Assembly (NCBI GenBank): GCA_020346325.1
Contig: CP070782.1
Location: 1,946,361-2,010,360 of the forward strand
Length of the DNA: 64,000 bases
Direction of reading: 5' to 3'
Source: Phycisphaerales bacterium
GTDB lineage: Bacteria; Planctomycetota; Phycisphaerae; Sedimentisphaerales; Anaerobacaceae
In this document: positions 27,656 through 35,518 of the stretch, one piece after another
Position numbering within the stretch: the first letter of the stretch is position 1
Layout of the letters: each line of letters begins with the position of its first letter
Program-made: the position numbers and the translations under genes
Notes under the pieces: model-generated
What the model was told of the DNA's origin: nothing
The model's input: the letters and a program-made list of their open reading frames with translations, nothing else
Databases searched by the model: none

Positions 27656-29038
27656 TCACACTTTCCTGACGCTGCGCTTGCCGCTGGGAATCGCCAGCTC
27701 ATCGATTTTGCGGTAAAGGCTCGACAGGCCGATGCCGAGAGCCTTGGCCGTCTCCGCCTTGTCCCAACTGTATTTGTTCAGGGCACGATAGATCTGCTCT
27801 TTCTCATAGGCCCGAACGGCACTTTGCAGGTCTTCGCTATCCTCAATCCCCAGGGCGGCATCCGAACCAACCAGGGCAATGTCCGTCACCTCAATCGTCT
27901 CGTCCTCGGCGAAAATCACTGCCCGCTCGATCACGTTTTGCAGTTCCCGGACGTTCCCCCTCCACTCGTGGGCGACGAGTCGCTTCATGGCCTCGCGGCT
28001 GACGCGGGTGCAATGCTTGCCCATCTCGGCGTTGTACCGCTTCACAAAATGCTCGACCAGCAACGGGATATCCTCGCGTCGCTCGCGCAAGGGAGGCAGG
28101 TGCACACCCACGACGTTCATACGATAATAGAGGTCTTGGCGAAAGTGTCCCTCCTTGATCTCTTTCACGAGGTCTCGATTCGTGGCAGCAATCAGACGCA
28201 AATCGACGTTGACCGGAGACGTCGAACCGACGGGCAGGATCTGCCGCTGCTCGACCGCCCGGAGCAATTTGACCTGACAGCCCATGGGCATGTGCCCGAT
28301 CTCATCAAGGAACAGCGTTCCGCCCCGCGCGGTCTCGAACAACCCCTGCTTGTCCTCGAACGCGGAGGTGAAACTCCCTTTCTTGTGACCGAACAGCTCG
28401 CTTTCGAGCAAGGTCTCCGGAATCGCGCTACAATTGACCGCGACGAAGCGTCCCGTGTTGCTCGGACTGAGCGAATGGATCGCGTGCGCGACCAACTCTT
28501 TGCCCGTGCCGCTCTCTCCGGTGATCAACACATTGCTGCGCGTCGGTGCGACCTTTCGCACCGTCTCGAAGACCTGCTCCATGACGAACGTCTCACCGAT
28601 GATCTGGCTGATATCGAAACGCCCGTTCAGTTCCTCTCTCAGTTCCTGGTTCTCCGCCTCCAGTTCCAGATACCGCAACTGCTGCCGGATTCTGGTGAGC
28701 ATTTCATCGAAGCGGACCGGCTTCATGACGTAGTCACAGGCGCCGAGCTTGATGGCCTCGACCGCCATCTCGACCGACCCATAAGCAGTGACCATGATGA
28801 CCCGCGTCTGCGGTCGCATCGCCATCGCTTCGCGCAGCACGCTGATCCCATCGCATCCGGGCATCTGGATATCCAGGATGGCCAGCGCGTACGAGTGTTT
28901 CATTAGGGCGTCGATCGCGTCCCGGCCGTTGCCGACCCCCGCGACCGAGAACCCTTCCTCCTCGAGAACCTTGGCGAAGGTCTCCCGGAAGGTGGTCTCG
29001 TCGTCGGCCAGCAGGATTTCGTGTTTCTTTTCTGACAT
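27656..29038 (-). CDS. Sigma54-dependent NtrC-family response regulator
   Basis: REC domain, GESGTGKE, ELFGHKKGSFTSA, LFLDEIG, FRQDLYYR, WRGNVRELQN, Fis-type HTH. Confidence 0.95.
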   Translation of the reverse strand: MSEKKHEILLADDETTFRETFAKVLEEEGFSVAGVGNGRDAIDALMKHSYALAILDIQMPGCDGISVLREAMAMRPQTRVIMVTAYGSVEMAVEAIKLGACDYVMKPVRFDEMLTRIRQQLRYLELEAENQELREELNGRFDISQIIGETFVMEQVFETVRKVAPTRSNVLITGESGTGKELVAHAIHSLSPSNTGRFVAVNCSAIPETLLESELFGHKKGSFTSAFEDKQGLFETARGGTLFLDEIGHMPMGCQVKLLRAVEQRQILPVGSTSPVNVDLRLIAATNRDLVKEIKEGHFRQDLYYRMNVVGVHLPPLRERREDIPLLVEHFVKRYNAEMGKHCTRVSREAMKRLVAHEWRGNVRELQNVIERAVIFAEDETIEVTDIALVGSDAALGIEDSEDLQSAVRAYEKEQIYRALNKYSWDKAETAKALGIGLSSLYRKIDELAIPSGKRSVRKV

Positions 29039-29112
29039 GGGTTTCTACCGCACCATCCTAACAATCACCGCATAACGCAACAACATCCCCGTGGCAATTC
29101 CGCGCAGGCCCA

Positions 29113-30912
29113 TCAACCTGCCCTTCTCTCCGACGCACTGACAAGATCCTTCTTGGGCCGTACCGGAATACGAATGATCGCTGTGGTGCCTTCGCCGGGC
29201 CTCGATTCCAGCTCGATCGTACCGTCGATCTCGGCGACCAGATTGTAGCTGACGAAGAGTCCGAGCCCCGTCCCGCGACTGATTTCCTTCGTCGTGAAGA
29301 ACGACTCGAACGCCCGCCGGCACACCTCCGGACTCATGCCCACGCCCGTATCGGTCACGCGGATCTCCACCATCTCATCCGCGACGGTCTTCGTGATCTC
29401 AAGCTGATGCCGGCTCGCGGCTCCCTTGGCATCCATCGCATCCAAAGCGTTGATCACAATATTGAGAAGACACTGTTCGAGGTTTTGCGGGTTGAGCCAG
29501 ACCATGGGCAGATCCGGGTTGTGGGCATGGACAATCGATACCCCGTGGGTCCGTTTGTCGTACCGAATCAACGACAGGGTGTTCTCGATCACCTCATTGA
29601 CGTCCACCCACTTGTATTCCGCCGTCGCGGGGCGGGCGATGCCCAACAGGTGTTTCAGGATCGCAGAAATGCGCCCTACGTGATGATCCACCACCGCGCA
29701 CAATTCTTTCTGCTCCGTATCGGAACACTTGCGGCCCAGGTATTGCACGACGGAGGACAAGCTCGTCAGCGGGTTGCCGATCTCGTGCGCGATGCCGGCC
29801 GCCATCTGTCCCAGCGCCACCATCTTCTCCCGCTGCGCCATGCGCACCCGAGACATCTTCAGCATCTCGTTGATCTCCGTGAGCTGTTCGGTGCGCTCGA
29901 CCAGGTCCGCCTCCAGCTTCTTGTGTTCGGTCAGATCCTGCCCCACAATGACATGGCCCAGCCTGGTGCCGTCGAGGCCCACAACGGAATAATCCCGCGC
30001 CTCAATGAAACGATGCGGCGAACCGGCCGTATCGAACTCGATCGTGTGCCCTTGTCCGTTGCCATTGCCCGACCCCGCCAAGCCCCGGACGTGATTGGCC
30101 AGCGTCTCGGGAAAACTCTCCAGAGAGTCACCATGGCCCGATCTCTGGCTCCTGCGCCACTGTTGAGCGGCCGGGTTGCACAGCGAAACGTGCCCATCCT
30201 CGGTGACAAACATGAGCCCTTCCGCCATGGCGTTGATGATGGCGCGGAGCAAGTCTCCGTTCCGCGCCGCCTCCAACTCCTTGGCGGTCATGCGAGCAAT
30301 GATGATGCGCGTCAGGTGCTGGGCCAGGATCACGGTGCAGACGAATGCTACAAACGCGGCCAGCCCGTATACGGGATTACGCCACAGTCCCCCGCCCGCG
30401 GAAAACTGCAGCGGATAGTAGCCGAGCAGCGCCCCAGCGTGCAATTCGTTGGCCGCCAGCAGGCCGAACAACAGGATCGCTGTCAAGCCGACGGCAAAGG
30501 AAAGATTGCGGGGCAGGATGATCGTCGCGATGATCACATGGAAGATGTAGAACAAGAAGAAAGGATTGACCACACCGCCTGAGAAGAATAGAACCGCCGT
30601 GAGAACCAGCAGATCCGCTTCGATTTGCACCATGGCCAGGATGAGTCGCTGGCGCTGCGTGGCACGGTCGATTCGCCGGGCTGCCACGGCGAACAAAAGA
30701 TTGCACACCAGCAACACCCCGGCGACCACATACAGCCGCGTCGCATTCGTCAGCACCGGGAACACCAGTGTCCCTACCAGGACGCCCACCACCACAAACA
30801 AAACCGCCATCCAGCGCAACGAGATCAGCCACAGAATCTGATCGACAAGCGACGTCCGCGATCTGCCGGCACTATCCGATCTTTCTCTAAATCCAGCGAT
30901 GTGGAAAAGCAT
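29113..30912 (-). CDS. NtrB-type sensor histidine kinase with RegB-like membrane domain and PAS domain
   Basis: LISLRW, FSGGVVNPF, PAS-like segment, GQMAAGIAHEIGNPL, FFTTK, GTGLGL. Start placed at ATG 30912. Confidence 0.92.
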   Translation of the reverse strand: MLFHIAGFRERSDSAGRSRTSLVDQILWLISLRWMAVLFVVVGVLVGTLVFPVLTNATRLYVVAGVLLVCNLLFAVAARRIDRATQRQRLILAMVQIEADLLVLTAVLFFSGGVVNPFFLFYIFHVIIATIILPRNLSFAVGLTAILLFGLLAANELHAGALLGYYPLQFSAGGGLWRNPVYGLAAFVAFVCTVILAQHLTRIIIARMTAKELEAARNGDLLRAIINAMAEGLMFVTEDGHVSLCNPAAQQWRRSQRSGHGDSLESFPETLANHVRGLAGSGNGNGQGHTIEFDTAGSPHRFIEARDYSVVGLDGTRLGHVIVGQDLTEHKKLEADLVERTEQLTEINEMLKMSRVRMAQREKMVALGQMAAGIAHEIGNPLTSLSSVVQYLGRKCSDTEQKELCAVVDHHVGRISAILKHLLGIARPATAEYKWVDVNEVIENTLSLIRYDKRTHGVSIVHAHNPDLPMVWLNPQNLEQCLLNIVINALDAMDAKGAASRHQLEITKTVADEMVEIRVTDTGVGMSPEVCRRAFESFFTTKEISRGTGLGLFVSYNLVAEIDGTIELESRPGEGTTAIIRIPVRPKKDLVSASERRAG

Positions 30913-30925
30913 ATCTGTCCTCAGC

Positions 30926-32179
30926 TCATTGTCCCGGGCTCGGAGAGCCTTTCTCAACGGCCGCCGGTTCCGGCGTATCCAGGTCCCCAAGGCCGATCTC
31001 CTGGTCCGTCAGATAGCAGGCCGGATCGGGAGCCCAGCAATCGTTCAGAGCGAGGTCGGCGCGCACGCGCAAACTGCCTCCACACCCGTTAAAGAACTTG
31101 CAGAGACGGCAGCGCCCCTTCACGTGCGATCTGCGATCTCTCAGGCCCTTCAACAGCGGTTCATCGGGGTCGCTCCAGATCTCGCTGAACGGCCGCTCGC
31201 GAATATCTCCCAGATCATGGTGCCACCAGAACTGGTCCGGGTGCACCTTACCGTTGTAGTCGATGCAGCCGATGCCGACCCCACTGCTGTACATGCCCCC
31301 GCCGTTCCAGGTGAGCAGCTTCCAGACTTCCGCCGCGCGGGGCGAGTTTTCTGCCAGCAGCCTGAGGTAGAGGTAAACACCGTCGACGTGGTTGTCCACC
31401 GTCAGAATGTCTGTGTTGCGCCCGGCCTCTTTGAGATATTTCACCTTCGCCATGATTCGATCCAGCGCATCACGACTCTCGGCATGCGTCAGATCGTCGT
31501 CGGCCATCGCGCCACCGCGGCCGCTGGGCACGAAGTGATAGAAACAGGCCCGTTCAATACCCTCGATCTCGAAGAAATCGAACAACTGCTCGAGATCCTG
31601 CACGTTCCGGCGCGTCAACGTCAGGCGAAGACCGACGCGCACGCCCGCGTCCTGGCAATTGCGAATCCCGCGAACGGCCCGCTCGAACGCCCCGGCGACT
31701 CCTCGGAACGTGTCGTTGATCGGACCGATGCCATCGAGACTGATCCCCACGTAAGAGACGCCAAGCTGCTTGATGCGCCGCGCCGTATCGGGCTCGATGA
31801 GCGTGCCATTCGTCGAGATGACGGCCCGCAGGCCGCGTCCGACCGTGTGCTCAATCAGGTCGAAAAGATCGGGGCGCATCAGTGGCTCGCCACCGGAGTA
31901 GAGGACCGAGGGCACCCCGAAATCGGCCAGATCATCGATAACAGTTTTTGCTTCGGTCGTGGATACTTCGTTGCAACTCTTGTTAGCCCCGCTGTCGTTG
32001 TAACAATGGACGCAGCGCAGATTGCAGTTGCGCGTGATGTTCCATACGACGATCGGCCTCCTCTCGGAGGCCTGGGCGGGAACTACCTCTCCCTGCCGTT
32101 CGCCCGAGCCCTTGCGGCCGTAACGCAGCCAATCGCCCGGAGTGATCTGGTCACAGTATAGTTTGCTGATGTTTATCAT
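30926..32179 (-). CDS. ahbC: Radical SAM AhbC/NirJ1 (alternative heme biosynthesis)
   Basis: MINISKLYC..LRYG, RPIVVWNITRNCNLRCVHCY, LTVDNH.DG, SSGVGIGCID, SPASM CRLCKFFNGCGG, WAPDPACYL. Confidence 0.88.
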   Translation of the reverse strand: MINISKLYCDQITPGDWLRYGRKGSGERQGEVVPAQASERRPIVVWNITRNCNLRCVHCYNDSGANKSCNEVSTTEAKTVIDDLADFGVPSVLYSGGEPLMRPDLFDLIEHTVGRGLRAVISTNGTLIEPDTARRIKQLGVSYVGISLDGIGPINDTFRGVAGAFERAVRGIRNCQDAGVRVGLRLTLTRRNVQDLEQLFDFFEIEGIERACFYHFVPSGRGGAMADDDLTHAESRDALDRIMAKVKYLKEAGRNTDILTVDNHVDGVYLYLRLLAENSPRAAEVWKLLTWNGGGMYSSGVGIGCIDYNGKVHPDQFWWHHDLGDIRERPFSEIWSDPDEPLLKGLRDRRSHVKGRCRLCKFFNGCGGSLRVRADLALNDCWAPDPACYLTDQEIGLGDLDTPEPAAVEKGSPSPGQ

Positions 32180-32255
32180 GTGGCTGTCTTTCCTTTTTCC
32201 AGCTATTGATCTTTCTTGGTCGGGACATCGCCGCGCCTGAGGAGTCACCCTTAAG

Positions 32256-33563
32256 TCATGCGTCGGCATCACCCTTTCGTTCCGGCTTGCACGCCAGTTC
32301 CCTGGCCTGCTGCAAAATGGTGTCGACCAGTCGAGCCGCCTCGGTCGGACCGGCTTCGCTGGCGACCACGTTGACGTTTTTGATGACACAGTGAAGCAGC
32401 TTGTTCACCACCCGGTTGACCATGGACTCCATCACGTCTCGGCACGACGCCACATGCCGCGGCCCGACGAAGAACCGATCGAGTTCGTTGCGACCCACTT
32501 GGCGGAACTCCGCCTTCATCCGGCCGATCAGCGGGCCGATATCCTTGGCGTGGAACCACTCCATGAAATCGGCCGCACTGGCATAGACGATCTCCAGGCC
32601 GCTGGCGATATCCGCTTCACGCGCTTTGAGATTCTCGTCGGCAACCTCTTTCAGTTCGTCCATGCTGTAGAGATAGACCCCGTCGATTTCGTTAATGGTC
32701 GGCTCGAAGTTGCGCGGTACGCCGATGTCAATGATCAACAACATGCTCTTCTTGCGTCGGGGAACCACCGCTTCGAAGGAGGCTCGGTCGTATAAATAGT
32801 CCTGGGTGGCCGCTGAAGAGATCACGATGTTGGCCTGGCCGACCTGCTCGTGAAGCTCTTCCCACCGCTTGACAGCAATCTGACAGCGCTTGCCCAGATC
32901 AAGACCTCGTTCATGCGTTCGATTCACCACGGTGACGTTCGTGCATCCAGCTTTTAGAAGGTGTTGTACCACCAGTTCCCCTGTTGCCCCGGCCCCGATC
33001 ACCACGACGCGGGCGCGGGCCAGATCCGCGAAAAGCTGGATGGCCAATTCGACCGCCACCCCGGCCACGCTGATCCGCCCGTTCGAAATCGACGTGGTGG
33101 TGTGCACGCTCTTGGCCGTGAAGAAGGCACAGTGAAACAGGCGGTTGAGAATCTTGCCCGGACTCTGGGCGGCACAGGCCTGTTTATAGCTTTCTTTGAC
33201 CTGCCCGAGAATCTGGGCTTCGCCGACGACCATGCTGTCCATGCCCGCCGCGACGAGCAGGAGATGCCTCACCGCCTCCTCATCCTCGCGACGGTACAGG
33301 TATGGCTCGAACGCGCCTCTCTCAAGGCCATGGAAATCCGACAGAAAGTCAACCACCGCCTCCGTCATGTGCTGTGCCGACTCTTCACTGGCACTATAAA
33401 TCTCCACCCGGTTGCAGGTAGAGAGGAGCACAAACTCGGCCTGCGGATGCGCCTCCTTGAGCCGGCCCAGGGCAATTGGAACGGCCGCCGCGCCGAACGC
33501 CAGTCCCTCCCGAATCGTTAAAGGAGCACTCTTGTGGTTTAGGCCGACAACAATCACGCCCAT
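32256..33563 (-). CDS. hemA: Glutamyl-tRNA reductase
   Basis: GLNHKSAP, LSTCNRVEIY, DSMVVGEAQILGQVK, GAGATG, DIGVPRN. Confidence 0.97.
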   Translation of the reverse strand: MGVIVVGLNHKSAPLTIREGLAFGAAAVPIALGRLKEAHPQAEFVLLSTCNRVEIYSASEESAQHMTEAVVDFLSDFHGLERGAFEPYLYRREDEEAVRHLLLVAAGMDSMVVGEAQILGQVKESYKQACAAQSPGKILNRLFHCAFFTAKSVHTTTSISNGRISVAGVAVELAIQLFADLARARVVVIGAGATGELVVQHLLKAGCTNVTVVNRTHERGLDLGKRCQIAVKRWEELHEQVGQANIVISSAATQDYLYDRASFEAVVPRRKKSMLLIIDIGVPRNFEPTINEIDGVYLYSMDELKEVADENLKAREADIASGLEIVYASAADFMEWFHAKDIGPLIGRMKAEFRQVGRNELDRFFVGPRHVASCRDVMESMVNRVVNKLLHCVIKNVNVVASEAGPTEAARLVDTILQQARELACKPERKGDADA

Positions 33564-33569
33564 TTTGAA

Positions 33570-34499
33570 TCACACCCTCACAAGCGGAGTGGCCGACGGA
33601 AGCAGCAGCGAGAACTCATGCTGCGTTACCCCGGTAACGGCAACACCTAGGATCGCGAACAAGACGAGGACGAAGGCGACGAGGGTCACGCAAGCCCGCC
33701 CCTTCTCCCTGAGCATCGAGAATCGATCCAGGACCAACACGACGCCCAGCAAGCACCAAATGGCCAGCATGCAGATGACCTTGCCGTCGGCGGCCCACGA
33801 GGCCATTCCCATACCCAGCGTCGAAATGAGACCCAGCCCACTGACCAGTCCCACGGTAAGCAAGACGAAACCAGCCAGGAGCCCGACGCGATTCATATCA
33901 CCCAGCGTTTCCATGTTCGGAATTCGGCCCAGCACCTGCATCACTTTCTTGCGCTTGAGCCGATGGCTGCCCAGGAGATAGAGCGTCGAGTTGGCCGCTG
34001 CAAACATCACCGCTGCCGCCGCCAGAACCATGACGGCCGCGTGAGCGACCGCCCAAGGCGTCGATGCAACCGCCTGCGCAGGCGCGGCGGGCCGGGCGAG
34101 GGCCACCGCCATGCCGACCAGACCGGCACTGATCCACACCATGACAGAACCGAACCAGACGCGGTCGATCATCGGGCCGATCAGCAGATACAGTACACCG
34201 AGAACGACGGCCAGAAAGACGCATGCCTCACACGTGCCGGTCAGAGGCACGGCCCCAATCGCAACCGCTCTGAGACCCAACAGCGTCGTGTCACAAAGCA
34301 CCGCCATCAGCGCCACCGGCCACAGCAGCGACCTGCACCGAGTCGACCGGCAGACAAGCTGCAACAGCCCCACGACACCCGCGATGCCATGCACAGCCAC
34401 AACCAGCAACAAGACAGCAGACTCGGCAGTGGACACTTCGAACCTCCCTTGCCCCATTTCTTCGGCGGTAACGAGCGTACTCAACGAAGCAACGCCCAT
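33570..34499 (-). CDS. CcsA/HemX-like cytochrome c assembly membrane protein
   Basis: About 8 TM helices, conserved His (WAVAHA), LKRKK..P..ETL, GFVLLTVGLVSG, DGKV, C-terminal H.F; upstream of hemA. Start placed at ATG 34499. Confidence 0.8.
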   Translation of the reverse strand: MGVASLSTLVTAEEMGQGRFEVSTAESAVLLLVVAVHGIAGVVGLLQLVCRSTRCRSLLWPVALMAVLCDTTLLGLRAVAIGAVPLTGTCEACVFLAVVLGVLYLLIGPMIDRVWFGSVMVWISAGLVGMAVALARPAAPAQAVASTPWAVAHAAVMVLAAAAVMFAAANSTLYLLGSHRLKRKKVMQVLGRIPNMETLGDMNRVGLLAGFVLLTVGLVSGLGLISTLGMGMASWAADGKVICMLAIWCLLGVVLVLDRFSMLREKGRACVTLVAFVLVLFAILGVAVTGVTQHEFSLLLPSATPLVRV

Positions 34500-34974
34500 G
34501 CGGGCCTCACGCTGAAGACCCGATAGACCTGACCCCCGTCTCCGTGGCCCTGTCGACTCCTCCGTCCAGGCCCTTATCACCGGAACCATCGACCCTATGC
34601 GAACCAAGCAACGACCGCGCCGATCCGCCATCGTGTGTCAGGGTGCTGCTGCGTCTGAGATGTCTGGAGCAGTTCTTCCGCATCCACCTGAAGTTCCCAG
34701 GCCGACCTCCCTGCGCCACGCAAGAATGTCGTCTGAGCAGTCCCTTCTGAAGAACAGCGCCAATCATACGTCCAAGCCGGACCTCAGTTCATCGCCAGCC
34801 ACACGACCATCCGGATGCCGCGACTCCTATTGCTCAGCCAGGTTATCCCACTTTTGATAAGAAGTGGCCATAAGTAATTGTACTGTTTTTGCCTCTCCAG
34901 AGCAAGACCTTTCATCGGTTCTGCCACCACAAAGGCGACAAAAAGCCTTCCGCAATCTGCGAATGCAACAATCT

Positions 34975-34999
34975 TAACACCTTATATAGCAAAAGCTTA
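34975..34999. promoter_or_regulatory. AT-rich TAA-N4-TT-N7-AA-N4-TTA element (IHF-like site)
   Basis: TAACACCTTATATAGCAAAAGCTTA. The right half TAGCAA-AAGC-TTA matches WATCAA-N4-TTR with 1 mismatch. Lies in the divergent promoter region. Confidence 0.45.
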
Positions 35000-35405
35000 T
35001 ATAGTGATTCGTCGGAATATTCGGTGGTCCACGCCGCCTGTTGGCACCGCCGGCAGAGGGTCTCCCGACCGCAGTTATGCTCAGTCCGACTCCCCAGACC
35101 CCCCAGACCACCAGTTACCTCATGCCTCCCAAACACACGCAACAAAGGCGGTTCCTCACTCGCACGCCCCCGGAATTTGGCCTCAAAAAATCTGAAATAG
35201 TCTCGCTTTACACAGCTAACGGGCCCAGCGGCAAACTTCCCACCAATGGGATTCGCTCTCTGTAGGACTCTCAGTTCTAGGGCGACATGTGGGCGAGATC
35301 TGCGGTATGCCCCAGAACCCTCACACACCGAAACCAGCCACATGCTCTTTGCTGGGAATGATTTACGTCTCAGTCCGACAAAAGCGTATTGCCGCACGGG
35401 CTCGC

Positions 35406-35421
35406 TGGCACAACGGCTGCT
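35406..35421 (+). promoter_or_regulatory. Sigma54 -24/-12 promoter of the decaheme cytochrome gene
   Basis: TGGCACAACGGCTGCT (GG-N10-GC). TTCCCA-CCAA-TGGGAT site at 35237-35252, about 155 bp upstream. Confidence 0.6.
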
Positions 35422-35518
35422 AATTATGAAGCAGTCGATGGGTTTTCCTCAATGCAGGAGCCCATTGCGAATCTTTGGAGATGAGTCCTCGATGGAAGTT
35501 GGAAGGGGTCAAACGACA

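Noticed and set aside
34632-35400. Small ORFs, riboswitch or ncRNA in the divergent intergenic region
   Set aside because: No RBS-supported ORF or recognisable RNA motif by eye; an Rfam search would be needed to exclude one.
35246-35518. Long N-terminal extension of the decaheme ORF
   Set aside because: It overlaps the sigma54-like promoter and palindrome; the signal peptide starts at 35519.
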